Made by a program: the position numbers and the translations under genes. A stretch of 64,000 nucleotides of DNA from an uncultured Bacteroidota bacterium (GTDB taxonomy: Bacteria; Bacteroidota; Ignavibacteria; UBA10030; UBA6906). The stretch spans positions 256,001 to 320,000 of the forward strand of contig CAVOYH010000003.1 in the NCBI GenBank assembly GCA_963700635.1. The letters run 5' to 3'. Numbering within the stretch: the first letter of the stretch is position 1; each line of letters begins with the position of its first letter. A model generated the notes under the pieces. The model did no database searches, was not told where the DNA came from, and saw only the letters and a program-made list of their open reading frames with translations. Positions 19,990 to 30,131 of this stretch are shown one piece after another.

Positions 19990-22900
19990 TCACTTCCCTT
20001 TCGCCCGAAATGACAGACGGTTTGCAAGCATATCCGTACACTCTTCGACGACATCCTTCCATACGCCACGTTGACGCTGACGCAGCAGCCGCATGGCCGG
20101 GTACCGGTCAGACGAGTTTTCCCGTTCTCCCCAGCGCCAATCGTGAGGGTTCGATAACAGAAGCCAGACTTCCTTCCCCATCCCACCTGCAAGGTGCGCC
20201 ACCGCTGTATCTACGGTGATGACAAGGTCCAGACAGTTGATGAGAGCAGCGGTTTCATGAAAATCAACCAGCTCGGAGGTCCAGTCCATCCCAGCTGCGG
20301 CAAATGGTGAGGCTCCAAATTCCTGTCCCGCCTCCCCTTTTTGCAGACTCACATACAGAACGTCCCTGTGGCGGGTGAGCGGCACAAGTTCGTCAAGAGG
20401 GACGGAACGATAACGACCTTCAGGATTTGTCGGGCTGCCTGACCAGACGATTCCGATCCGGAAATGAGTACCATACCCGTCCAAACGCCGCCCCCACTTT
20501 GTGCAGCCACCGTGATCTGCAGAGAGATATGGCACCGGGTGATCCAGCTCTGCAGTCTCACCGGCGACAAGGGGGACGCTCAACAAGGGGATGTGTACGT
20601 CATGCGGGGGGAGGGGATCATCTTTTCCGATGACGTGGTCAACACCCGGCACGCGGCGCACCAGCCGGTGCAAGGGTGTTGGACATTCTACGATAACCCG
20701 GCCGCCCGATCCTGTAACGTGCGCAAGATAACGGAGAAAGAACAACGTGTCCCCATATCCCTGTTCCGCCCATACAAGAACGGTCCTACCGCGCAGGGGT
20801 CCACCGTCCCACCGGGGCGACTTGTATCGATGAAGGAGTTTCTGAAATTCGGGTTTCCGCCACCTCCATTCAAATTCCCTCCACCCGCGTGAGGAATTAC
20901 CCTGATGCAGAAGAGCATGGGCAAGGTTCCAGTGCGCTTCAACACAGTCCGGATTTGCCCCGAGCGCACGCGTATACTCTACGATGGCCCCGTCAATACG
21001 ACCCCGCCGGTAGCAGACCAGTCCGATGTTGTTATGGGTCTTCTCAGGAGAAGCCCCGAGCACCAGAGCTTTCCGGAAATAGTCTTCGGCTTCTTCGAGC
21101 CGCCAGACGTCACACAGGCAGGATCCCAGATTGTAGTGGCCATCGGCATACTCCGGGTCACAACTCAATGCCGCACGAAACGCCTGTTCCGCGTCGGCTG
21201 TATTGTGGCATTGCCGGAGAAGGTTTCCAAGGTTGTTCCACCCTTCCGCATGTCGCGGGTGGGACTCGAGCAGCCGCCGGACGTGGGATAGTCCTTTTTC
21301 CAGGTACCCCATCTGGCGGCAGACAACGGACAACAAGTAGAGCGCATCGGAGTTATCGGGATCGTACCGGAGGATCTGCTCGTATTGTTCCAATGCGCGC
21401 GGGAGATCCCCGTGGCGATGGATGCTGATTGCTTCCATGATCAACTGTTCCGAATTCCCCGTGCTGAATGCGGGCGTTCTACTCCGAAGGACATCGCCAA
21501 GGACATGTTCCACTCTTTGTACCACACCATTCCAATCACCGGGCTCTCTCTGACGGAAGAGCCGCATGTCGGGGTACCAGGGCGAGTCCTCACGTTCAAG
21601 CATCCATCGCCAGTCGGGAGCAAACGGGAGGAGAACCCACACCGGTTTGCCCAACGCACCTGCCAGGTGAGCAACCATGGTATCAACGGTGATCACAAGA
21701 TCAAGCTGGTTGATGAGGCCCGCTGTCGCCAGAACATCCCCACACTCCCCGCTATGGTCGATGAACCGGGGACGGCCTTCTGCACACTGTTCGATACTCT
21801 TCCGGTCGATCTGCAGGTTATAGAAAACCGCTCCCTCCAGCGCCAGAATCGGATCGAGCAGCCTGGACTCGAGGGATCGCCTCCGGTCATTGTCGTGGGT
21901 TCGACTTCCTGACCACGCCAATCCGATTCGGAGACCGGCGGGATCACCGGCCAACCGTTCTCTCCAGAACGTAGTGGTCGCCTCGGGGACGGAAAGGTAC
22001 GGCACGCAGGCTGGCACGGTGCAGGGAGTCGTGCCGGCGAAATGGGGGAGACTGAGCAGTGCACACCGCACATCATGGTGTGGGAATGGTGCTCCGCGGG
22101 CAATCACCCCCTTCACTCCGGGCATCGCCTCGAATAACCGTACCAGCACAGGCGGTGCCTCTACATAGACCTTTGCCCCCAGGGCTGTCAGCAGAGGAAC
22201 ATACCGGATAAATTGTATCGCATCACCCAGTCCCTGCTCACATTGAACAAGTATCGTCCTCCCGTCTGGTTGCGTCCCATCCCACAGGGGTGTATCAAAT
22301 ACCCTTTGTTCCGGAGGAGACGCCAGAAGCGAACGCCACTCATATTCCCGCCAGCCCGCCACCCAGTCACCCTGGAGAAGATGAACGAACGAGAGCCCCC
22401 AATGAGCTTCGGCGGATTGTGGATCAATCGAGAGTGCCCTCCGGTAGAGTTTCTCTGCCTGATCCAGCATGCCCTGTTCCCGGTGGAGTTTTGCCAGATT
22501 GGTTATCGGACTGACGTATTCTGGTTTGATCTCGCGCGCAGTCTCGTACGCAAACATCGCTGATGTGAGCATATCCATTTCGGCGAGGACATTGCCAAGG
22601 CTGTTCTGTGCTTCAGCGAACGCCGGTCGGAGTGTTATGGCCTTTCGCAGAGCCTGCAGCGCATCCTCCCGCAGTCCCATAGCGCGCAGGGCGTTGCCGA
22701 GATTGCAGTAGGCATCAGCGGAGCCGGAGTCGTGGTTCAACGCAGTCCGGCATGCCTGCGCCCCCTCCTGATACTTCCCTGTCTGAACCAGGGCCATCCC
22801 GAGATTGCTCCAGACGCCCGGTTGCGCATGCTCGATTCTGAGGGAAGTGTGGAAGCACTCGATCGCATCAGCCCACCGGCGGGATTCCATCAGGAGGAGT

Positions 22901-23133
22901 CCGAGATTTGCGAGTGCTGCCGGGTATTCCGGGGCGTTGTGCAGAGCTTTCCGGATATACTGTTCTGCCCTGGTGAAATCGCGCCTCTGGAACGCGATCA
23001 CACCCATGAGATGGAGAGCTTCAGCGTGGTCGGGATCGAGGTCAAGGATCTCCGCATACAACGCTCCTGCTTCAGCCAGATCACCGCTGCGGTGAATCCT
23101 GAGCGCGCGCTCTATGGAGGAGCCGGTGGTCAT
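19990..23133 (-). CDS. Tandem double TPR + GT-B glycosyltransferase
   Basis: Two TPR-GT modules (EQGLGD, EQGYGD; DWRW twice); ATGA overlap with the upstream methyltransferase. Confidence 0.88.
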   Translation of the reverse strand: MTTGSSIERALRIHRSGDLAEAGALYAEILDLDPDHAEALHLMGVIAFQRRDFTRAEQYIRKALHNAPEYPAALANLGLLLMESRRWADAIECFHTSLRIEHAQPGVWSNLGMALVQTGKYQEGAQACRTALNHDSGSADAYCNLGNALRAMGLREDALQALRKAITLRPAFAEAQNSLGNVLAEMDMLTSAMFAYETAREIKPEYVSPITNLAKLHREQGMLDQAEKLYRRALSIDPQSAEAHWGLSFVHLLQGDWVAGWREYEWRSLLASPPEQRVFDTPLWDGTQPDGRTILVQCEQGLGDAIQFIRYVPLLTALGAKVYVEAPPVLVRLFEAMPGVKGVIARGAPFPHHDVRCALLSLPHFAGTTPCTVPACVPYLSVPEATTTFWRERLAGDPAGLRIGLAWSGSRTHDNDRRRSLESRLLDPILALEGAVFYNLQIDRKSIEQCAEGRPRFIDHSGECGDVLATAGLINQLDLVITVDTMVAHLAGALGKPVWVLLPFAPDWRWMLEREDSPWYPDMRLFRQREPGDWNGVVQRVEHVLGDVLRSRTPAFSTGNSEQLIMEAISIHRHGDLPRALEQYEQILRYDPDNSDALYLLSVVCRQMGYLEKGLSHVRRLLESHPRHAEGWNNLGNLLRQCHNTADAEQAFRAALSCDPEYADGHYNLGSCLCDVWRLEEAEDYFRKALVLGASPEKTHNNIGLVCYRRGRIDGAIVEYTRALGANPDCVEAHWNLAHALLHQGNSSRGWREFEWRWRKPEFQKLLHRYKSPRWDGGPLRGRTVLVWAEQGYGDTLFFLRYLAHVTGSGGRVIVECPTPLHRLVRRVPGVDHVIGKDDPLPPHDVHIPLLSVPLVAGETAELDHPVPYLSADHGGCTKWGRRLDGYGTHFRIGIVWSGSPTNPEGRYRSVPLDELVPLTRHRDVLYVSLQKGEAGQEFGASPFAAAGMDWTSELVDFHETAALINCLDLVITVDTAVAHLAGGMGKEVWLLLSNPHDWRWGERENSSDRYPAMRLLRQRQRGVWKDVVEECTDMLANRLSFRAKGK

Positions 23134-23786
23134 CCGTTTGGCGGCTGGCTTTTCTGACAGACAAACATGTAGTACATATCGGGTCCTGCCGGCACCTCAA
23201 ACACAAAGTCATTGTCCCACATCACCTGAAATCCGCATCGCCTGAGAAGGGACAACCAAGCGCTTCTTGTCAGGGTGCTGTAGTGGTTGGTATTTGTCTC
23301 ATGATGGCATGTCGTGTCGGGGGCCGGGACTTCGAGATAGAGGAACCCTCCTTCACGTAACACGCGGTGGAAGCCGTGGAGTGTGATAAATGGCATCACG
23401 CTGTGCTCGACGCAATGCCGGGCCCAGACCAGATCAAACTCGCCCGGCGAAAATTCCAGAAACGACTGGTCCATCTTGTGCACTTCATGGCCGTGTTCAC
23501 GGCAGACCCGGAGATCTTCGTCATTGATCGTGATGCCCACGGCGTGATATCCCCGTTCCCGCAGGAGATCAAGCGCAGGGCCCTGTCCGCACCCGACGTC
23601 CAGGATGCGGCCGGGTTTTGGGATACCACATGAGGTCAGGACCCGGTCGATCATGATCGCCGTGACACTTGTATGTGGTTCCGAGGGCGCCTCGGGGTAT
23701 GTTTGCGTCACGGTAAGCTCCAGGAAGTCCCTGAGCCGCTCGATGGCATCCGTTGACATGGGTACTGTCCGCACACGATCCGCCAT
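23130..23786 (-). CDS. Class I SAM-dependent methyltransferase
   Basis: ILDVGCGQG motif I; FDLVWARHCVEH; VLREGGFLYLEVP. Confidence 0.9.
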   Translation of the reverse strand: MADRVRTVPMSTDAIERLRDFLELTVTQTYPEAPSEPHTSVTAIMIDRVLTSCGIPKPGRILDVGCGQGPALDLLRERGYHAVGITINDEDLRVCREHGHEVHKMDQSFLEFSPGEFDLVWARHCVEHSVMPFITLHGFHRVLREGGFLYLEVPAPDTTCHHETNTNHYSTLTRSAWLSLLRRCGFQVMWDNDFVFEVPAGPDMYYMFVCQKSQPPNG

Positions 23787-23790
23787 AACA

Positions 23791-25686
23791 TTATCTCATT
23801 CTTGTAAGTGGGTTGTGATCACAGAGTGATGCGCTTCTCAGTGTAAGTGCCGCACGGACGTTGTCCACCGCCACCCTCCAGTCACCAATCTGTTGCTGCC
23901 GGAAGAGGGTCAGCGTAGGATACCACGCACTCCGGTCACCGCTTGTGGACCAGCGCCAGTCAGGGATCGCGGAGACAAGGAGCCAGACTTCCCGTCCGAG
24001 TGCCCCGGCAAGGTGCACCGTTCCCGTATCGGTGCTCACAAGGAGATCCAGATGGTGTAGCGCGGCCGCAGTGTGCGCAAAGTCGGTGAGTCCATCGGCA
24101 ATATCGAGAATGGCCGGACCGAACGGGCTGGCGGCGAGCTCCGCCCGGGGGGTTCCTTTCTGGAGACTGTACAGTTGCACTCCCGGCACAGCAGTCAGGG
24201 GACCCAGGTCATCCAGACGGCAGGCACGGTGTCCGTTGTTTTCCTGCAGCGTATTGCCCGACCAGATGATTCCCACGCGTAATGCACCATCATTGGTAAA
24301 TTGTGGCGCCCACTGGTGCACGAGCTGCGCATCAGCCCGAAGGTATGGAACCGCAGAAGGAATCGTATCCTTTCGTGTTTCGAAAATGCGCGGGAGGGAA
24401 AGCAACGGACAGAGAAGCTCAAACGGTGGTGCTGCTTGCCGTGTTGTCGCAACGCATGTTATACCGGGTACAGTTTCCAGAAGGCGGGCCAGTTCGGGCG
24501 GACTCCCCAGGATCACCCGTGCACCTCGCTCGGCCACCAGGGGTGCATACCGGACGAAGTGAATAATGTCGCCGATACCCTGTTCCGGATGAAGGAGAAT
24601 CGTCTGACCGTCAATGTCTTCTCCGTTCCAGACGCGCTCACCAAAGTCCCGGGAGGGTGTCAGAAACCCTTCATGTTTCCACCGCCATTCGAACTCTTCC
24701 CAGCCGCGTTCATAGTCACCCTGGAGGAGCAACAGGTCGGCAAGATTCCAATGTGCATCGGCGTGATCCGGATTCAGGGATACTGCGTGTTCGAAATAGT
24801 GGCGCGCCTCCTCCAGATTCCCCTGCTTCCGTGCCGTAATGCCGAGGGAGGTCACAACATCCGGCCGGCCGGGGCGCAGGTGCAGGGCGTGCTGAAGTGT
24901 TGCCCGGGCCTCGATCAGTTCATACCGTTTGAGATGGGCAACGCCGAGAAGATAGACTGCCTCAGCGCGGTCCGGTTCGATACGAAGTGCACGGTGAAGT
25001 TCCCGCACGGCGTCTTCATAGTTCATCTCGGACAAATACACGGTGCCCAGGCGCATGTGTGTCTCGGCGCAATCAGGTGAACGGGAGAGAAGAGCCGTGA
25101 ACACCTCTTTTGCTTCCCCCACCCGGCCTAATTCCTGGCAGGCCCGGCCATACAGCATGTGAGCTTCCGTGAGGTCCGGGCGTTCAACCCGGACGATCGA
25201 AAGGTCATCAGCAGCATCGGCAAAGCGACGGTTCCTGAACCTGATCACTCCGCGGTTGAACCGCGCTTCCTGAAGGGCGGGATCGGCCTGCAAGGCAAGC
25301 GAATACGCATCCTCGGCCTGGTCGTGTATCCCGAGCATTTCCAGGGTCACGGCCTTGTTAAAATACGCCTCGGCAAAAAGCGGGTGGAGCTGGAGAGCCA
25401 CATGAAATGCCTGAACCGATTCTTCGTGTGCACCCTTCCCGCGCAGCGCGATGCCAAGATCGTTGTATATTTCCGGCGTTTCAGGAGCAAAGCGTGACGC
25501 CGCCTGGAGAAGCATGATCGCCTGGTCGAACTCCCCCCGGCGGGTCTGAACCATCCCCAGGAGACGTAACACGGCCACATTGGATGGATCACGTTCAAGC
25601 ACAGAGCCGTACACGCGCACGGCCTCGTCGTATTTGCCGGCACGGTGTAATGCCAGTCCCTCCTGAATGTGATCCTCCAGGATCAT
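23791..25686 (-). CDS. TPR + GT-B glycosyltransferase
   Basis: Long TPR array; EQGIGDIIHFVRY; DLLVSTDTGTVHLAGALG; PDWRW. Confidence 0.88.
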   Translation of the reverse strand: MILEDHIQEGLALHRAGKYDEAVRVYGSVLERDPSNVAVLRLLGMVQTRRGEFDQAIMLLQAASRFAPETPEIYNDLGIALRGKGAHEESVQAFHVALQLHPLFAEAYFNKAVTLEMLGIHDQAEDAYSLALQADPALQEARFNRGVIRFRNRRFADAADDLSIVRVERPDLTEAHMLYGRACQELGRVGEAKEVFTALLSRSPDCAETHMRLGTVYLSEMNYEDAVRELHRALRIEPDRAEAVYLLGVAHLKRYELIEARATLQHALHLRPGRPDVVTSLGITARKQGNLEEARHYFEHAVSLNPDHADAHWNLADLLLLQGDYERGWEEFEWRWKHEGFLTPSRDFGERVWNGEDIDGQTILLHPEQGIGDIIHFVRYAPLVAERGARVILGSPPELARLLETVPGITCVATTRQAAPPFELLCPLLSLPRIFETRKDTIPSAVPYLRADAQLVHQWAPQFTNDGALRVGIIWSGNTLQENNGHRACRLDDLGPLTAVPGVQLYSLQKGTPRAELAASPFGPAILDIADGLTDFAHTAAALHHLDLLVSTDTGTVHLAGALGREVWLLVSAIPDWRWSTSGDRSAWYPTLTLFRQQQIGDWRVAVDNVRAALTLRSASLCDHNPLTRMR

Positions 25687-27329
25687 GCCGTCCCGTCCAT
25701 TCCGGGTTTCCCCTTGATCAGGGTGTTGAGTGCGTCACGGGCCATCTCCACCACGGGCGCCCACTCCCGCGGCCGAAGTTGACGGAACAATCTGAGTGTC
25801 GGATACCAGGGTGAATCAGTCCGGTCTTTCATCCATCGCCAGTCGGGATTAAACGGGAGCAACACCCAAACGGGTTTTGCCAGTGCACCCCCCAGGTGCG
25901 CAGCGACCGTATCCACGGTGATCACCAAATCCAGTTGTTCGACAAGCGCTGCACTTTCTCCAAAATCAGTGAGAGCCTCTCCATGATGGTGCATCGGGAT
26001 ATCCGATGGGAACAGTCCGGAAACACTCCCTCGCAACTCGGGCTGTAACGTGTGCCAGAGTACCCCCGGAGTCCGCAACAGCGGAAGCAGTGCTTCAGGT
26101 GGCACCGACCGGTGACGGTCATTCCTGTGTTCCGGATTGCCGGACCAGACGATGCCGATGTGCATGCGTGCCGGCTGGGACCGTACCCGGGAACGCCAGC
26201 GATCTGCGCCCGCGATGGAAGAGTGAAGATACGGTACCTGCGAGGGTATCGTGGCAAGTGTCGTTCCGAAGAACAATGGAAGACTGAACATCGTTGTCAC
26301 CGCATCAATACCCGACAGCTTCTCCCCGGGTGATACGAGCGTTAACGGGATCCTGCTTTCGTAGAACAATGGGTGGAGTTCATTTCTGCATTCGAGGATA
26401 ACTCGTATTCCGCGCGCGGTAAGGAGCTTCAGGAATCGCGCGCTCTGCACTGTGTCCCCGTATCCCTGTTCTTCCTTTATCAGAAGAGTCATACCCTCCC
26501 GGAACGATCCATCCCATGGCCTGACGCCGTCATGAACCGGGGCGACGTGGCCGGCACCGGTTGCATGACGCCATGCATACTCCCGCCATCCTTCTTCATA
26601 CATGCCCGACTGAAGTAAAACGAGAGCCAGGTTGTAGTGTGCTTCTGCGAATCCCGGCCTGCATGTAATGGCGTTCCGCAGGAGAGAGATCGCTTCGTCG
26701 GTTCTTCCTCCGTCCTGCATTACCCCTGCAAGATTCACCCACGCCTCAACAAACTCCGGCCGCAAACGGAGTGCGCGGCTCAGGTAGAGTTCCGCACCGG
26801 CCGGATCATCCCGGAGTGCCAGGTGGGTGCCCAGGTTATACGCGGTATCCGCGTTATCGGGACAGAGTTCCTGCGCGCGGGTGTATGCATCCAATGCCTC
26901 ATCAGGGCGTCCGCAACGGTTCAGCACTTCGCCCAGGTTGTTGTACGCTTGCGCGCAGGCCGTATCCAAACGTATGGCTTCCCGGTATGCAACGATTGCT
27001 TCGTCGTGTCTGCCAAGAGAGACAAGCGCCAGGCCGAGATTCATGTGGAGTTGTGGGATCGTATCATCGCATGTGATCCCCTGCCGGTACGCGGTAATCG
27101 CTTCCCCGGCGCGGTCCTCCCGTTTCAATAGATTACCGAGATTATACCAGATAAACGGATCACCCGGGTTCAGCTCGGTTGCCCGTTGATAGGCATGAAC
27201 AGCTTCGGCGTACCGCTTCAGATCGTTGAGGGCCTTGCCAAGATTAAACCAGGCATCCGCCGAATCCGGCGCATGCCGGATACCCAGTGCGCACTCCGAA
27301 AGTATATGTGTGGCGTCGGTATTCATCAT
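25683..27329 (-). CDS. TPR + GT-B glycosyltransferase
   Basis: TPRs; EQGYGD; GIVWSGNP; DLVITVDTVAAHLGGAL; PDWRW..SPWYP. Confidence 0.88.
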   Translation of the reverse strand: MMNTDATHILSECALGIRHAPDSADAWFNLGKALNDLKRYAEAVHAYQRATELNPGDPFIWYNLGNLLKREDRAGEAITAYRQGITCDDTIPQLHMNLGLALVSLGRHDEAIVAYREAIRLDTACAQAYNNLGEVLNRCGRPDEALDAYTRAQELCPDNADTAYNLGTHLALRDDPAGAELYLSRALRLRPEFVEAWVNLAGVMQDGGRTDEAISLLRNAITCRPGFAEAHYNLALVLLQSGMYEEGWREYAWRHATGAGHVAPVHDGVRPWDGSFREGMTLLIKEEQGYGDTVQSARFLKLLTARGIRVILECRNELHPLFYESRIPLTLVSPGEKLSGIDAVTTMFSLPLFFGTTLATIPSQVPYLHSSIAGADRWRSRVRSQPARMHIGIVWSGNPEHRNDRHRSVPPEALLPLLRTPGVLWHTLQPELRGSVSGLFPSDIPMHHHGEALTDFGESAALVEQLDLVITVDTVAAHLGGALAKPVWVLLPFNPDWRWMKDRTDSPWYPTLRLFRQLRPREWAPVVEMARDALNTLIKGKPGMDGTA

Positions 27330-28192
27330 CCTTGTATTGGGGGCGGGAGAACCCGCCGGCCTGCCCGCAAGTCTGCGATCCGTTTTACCAGATCAGCGTC
27401 CTGGGGACGTAACTCCATGAGCCTGGCAAAGACGGTTTCGGCGCTGTCTCTGTCCCCCAGAGTAAGATAGGTGGCCGCCTGTTCAAGCCTGATCGACACG
27501 ATATTATGATCGCGCTGGACGAGGTACAACTCACATCCCGGAGGGATCTGGGCGAAGTGCACCCCCTTGTTCAGCAACAGGGCGCTGAACACACGTTCGA
27601 AGACCTGTGCCGCAGGCTGGACACTCCGGTGGAGATGGGGAATCCCGTCATCCGCCAGAATCGCTTTGATCACTTCTCCACGATAGATGCCGGCAAGTCC
27701 CTTGAGATAGTGCGGATACATGCGCCCGGGCACGTCATCGTAGCCGTTGGTGGTGCAGAGTTGATCAAAGTACTCTTTGAATGTTCCCTTCACATCAAAC
27801 GGCACCAGATTGCCGAAGACGCCGACTTCCGGTGTATCCTCCAGAAGCATGTATAGCCGGTCCAGCCACTCTTCATCAAAAAACCAGTGATCGTCATGCA
27901 ACAGGATATACCGCTGATAGTCAGGGACGCGTTTGAGAATATTGTCAAAATTCGCAAGGTCGTGCCCCGTGTTCGGCCTGGGAAGTACATACTCCGGGGT
28001 AAAGGTGTCGATGTACCGTTCCGCATCCGGATCGAAACCGTTGAACCCCACTGCCAGATCGAACCGGTGCCGGTTTGCCCGGAACGCTGCATTGAAGCAG
28101 AACTGCCGGAGATTGCTCCAGGTACGTTCCGAGGCTGCAATACACACAATGGTTTCGCGCATAGTTTCCTTCCGCCTTCCAACCAGCATCAC
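27326..28192 (-). CDS. Putative GT-A fold glycosyltransferase (RgpF-like)
   Basis: RPNTGHDLANF and ILLHDDHW motifs; C-terminal TPR-like helices; ATGA overlaps on both sides. Confidence 0.5.
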   Translation of the reverse strand: MMLVGRRKETMRETIVCIAASERTWSNLRQFCFNAAFRANRHRFDLAVGFNGFDPDAERYIDTFTPEYVLPRPNTGHDLANFDNILKRVPDYQRYILLHDDHWFFDEEWLDRLYMLLEDTPEVGVFGNLVPFDVKGTFKEYFDQLCTTNGYDDVPGRMYPHYLKGLAGIYRGEVIKAILADDGIPHLHRSVQPAAQVFERVFSALLLNKGVHFAQIPPGCELYLVQRDHNIVSIRLEQAATYLTLGDRDSAETVFARLMELRPQDADLVKRIADLRAGRRVLPPPIQG

Positions 28193-29382
28193 ACCATGTG
28201 ATGCATTGGTATGCTGTTCAAGGATGATTGAGTATTCATGACTTCAAAGAACAACCGTGCGGTCCGCTCCCATGTAAGCCCGGCCAGATCGGCACCTGCC
28301 CGGGCCCCGATTACACTGAGATCAGCCCGGTGGTGATACGCCCAATCAAGCCGTGCGATCAGTTCGTCAAGCTGGGGCTCGTCCCACACAGCCACAGGCT
28401 GCCCGCCATGCGACACCGTAATGGGCCGCATGGCCTTCAACGGGAAACTGTTACGGTCTGTGAGGACATCGCGGTGACCCGAGTTGTATGAACCGATGAC
28501 GGGCTTGCCGCAGGCCATATATTCCATGAGCACCAGATTCGTTCCGCCTTCGCACCGGTTGGGAAACACGCCAATATCGGTATTTCTGTAGATCCGTGTC
28601 ATCATGATATTGGGATAGGGGGGGAGCGTAATGACGCGGCCCACGTCAATCCCGTTGTCGAGCATGGTCTGCTGCATGAGTGTCATGTAGTCACCGGATT
28701 GGGCCGTAAAACGAATATGCGGCGAAGCCGTCATGGTTTGCATGCTCGCGGCCCAGTGATTAAACCAGCTATTCACCAGCATCACGTCCTTGTATCGGTC
28801 CTGCAGAACCTTGTAAGCTTTCAACACAAGATCCTGACCCTTGCGCAATTCAAATTTCCCGCCCGAAAAGAGGACAAACACGTCGCGGAAGTATTCCTTT
28901 TCGGCATGGGTCGGGTTAAAGATAGTCGGATCGATTCCCTGAATGATGGTCGTGGTATTGGTCAGGCCGTTCTGCCGCAGGACCTGCTCGCACCAGGTTG
29001 AACCGGTTACCACTACGTCAAAAAAGCGGCGACCGTTTTCAATAAATGCCGGTGCGAGAATACTGTCTTCAAAGAAAGTGTACCCGGCATTCCATGACCC
29101 GCGAAACGAGGGCAGTGAAGGCCGGAGCGACTTGTCCAGGATGTTCTGCAGGACCGGAACGTCGACCGTAACCGGATTGCCCGCACGGAGTCTGTCCTGT
29201 TCCTGATCGGGTACGAGCAGCGATTCAAGCAGCCGGTAATCAAAGGCATCCTGAATCGACGTAGCGCTGAATCCCTCTGTGATCAGCCGGAGGGGCGTCA
29301 TTCTGGAGAGTTCTTTCGTTATGTACTTGCCACACACTCCCCATCCATGATAACTCCCCGTGGGTAACACGGCATACATCAT
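28189..29382 (-). CDS. Glycosyltransferase family 4
   Basis: GKFELRKGQD; FPNRCEGGTNLVLMEYMACGKPVI (EX7E-like). Confidence 0.88.
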   Translation of the reverse strand: MMYAVLPTGSYHGWGVCGKYITKELSRMTPLRLITEGFSATSIQDAFDYRLLESLLVPDQEQDRLRAGNPVTVDVPVLQNILDKSLRPSLPSFRGSWNAGYTFFEDSILAPAFIENGRRFFDVVVTGSTWCEQVLRQNGLTNTTTIIQGIDPTIFNPTHAEKEYFRDVFVLFSGGKFELRKGQDLVLKAYKVLQDRYKDVMLVNSWFNHWAASMQTMTASPHIRFTAQSGDYMTLMQQTMLDNGIDVGRVITLPPYPNIMMTRIYRNTDIGVFPNRCEGGTNLVLMEYMACGKPVIGSYNSGHRDVLTDRNSFPLKAMRPITVSHGGQPVAVWDEPQLDELIARLDWAYHHRADLSVIGARAGADLAGLTWERTARLFFEVMNTQSSLNSIPMHHMV

Positions 29383-30116
29383 GATGGTCTTCCTTTCCCG
29401 TTCTCCGAAGAACGGCGGGCCCGGACGAGATATTGAAACGTGAACAGTTGTTGCGCCTCGTCGCGTGTTTGTCCCCGGAGCACCATCCTCCCAAACTCAA
29501 GGTCCCTCGGCCACGGCCCGGCAGCAGGCATCTCCGCATCACAGCTGCTGATGAGTTGGTCAATCACAAACCCGCTTCCGTTGAACAGCTTGCCGATTTC
29601 CGTCAGCGTGAAGAAACGAATATGCGTGGCATCAAGCAGTCCATGTTCACTGTAGGTCCAGAAACCCTGCACCAGGTTCCGCACGAGCCGTATGTTCTGC
29701 GTGTTGGGAATGCTGGCAACAACCGCGCCGCCGGGTCGAAGATACTCGCGCAGCATCCGGAGAACCTTCCACGGATCATACAGATGCTCGAGCACGTCGG
29801 CGATGATGATCAGATCAAACCCCTGTTTGGGGATGTCATAGTCCTCAAGGGACATACGTTCGATGTCACCCCGCACGACCCTATCAAGAACCCGCCGGGC
29901 ACTCGTCACCGCATCGGGGTCGAGTTCAACGCCGAAGTACTTCACGGCATGATGTTCCCGTTTGATCGCCGCACCCGTCGCCCCGCCTCCGCACCCGATC
30001 TCCAGAACATCACGGAAGGGAAAATCCAGCAGTCCCATTAATTCCATCCGCGGATTGTCTGCGTATTTCTCCTCATACCGGGCCAGTAACGGGGAAAATA
30101 TCTGTGTCGTTTCCAT
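29379..30116 (-). CDS. Class I SAM-dependent methyltransferase (glycan-associated)
   Basis: VLEIGCGGG; FDLIIIADVLEHLYDPW; ASIPN; GLLDATHIRFFT. Confidence 0.9.
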   Translation of the reverse strand: METTQIFSPLLARYEEKYADNPRMELMGLLDFPFRDVLEIGCGGGATGAAIKREHHAVKYFGVELDPDAVTSARRVLDRVVRGDIERMSLEDYDIPKQGFDLIIIADVLEHLYDPWKVLRMLREYLRPGGAVVASIPNTQNIRLVRNLVQGFWTYSEHGLLDATHIRFFTLTEIGKLFNGSGFVIDQLISSCDAEMPAAGPWPRDLEFGRMVLRGQTRDEAQQLFTFQYLVRARRSSENGKGRPS

Positions 30117-30131
30117 AGTCTTCCTTTCGCT

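Noticed and set aside
19947-20192. N-terminal extension of the 1040-aa ORF
   Set aside because: It overlaps the 3' end of the upstream gene by ~200 bp and is not TPR-like
15640-27329. Recurring DNA motifs (e.g. catccaNcgccagtc) resembling a repeat array or CRISPR
   Set aside because: They encode the conserved DWRW motifs of paralogous GT modules at 1.5-3 kb spacing; no spacers or cas genes
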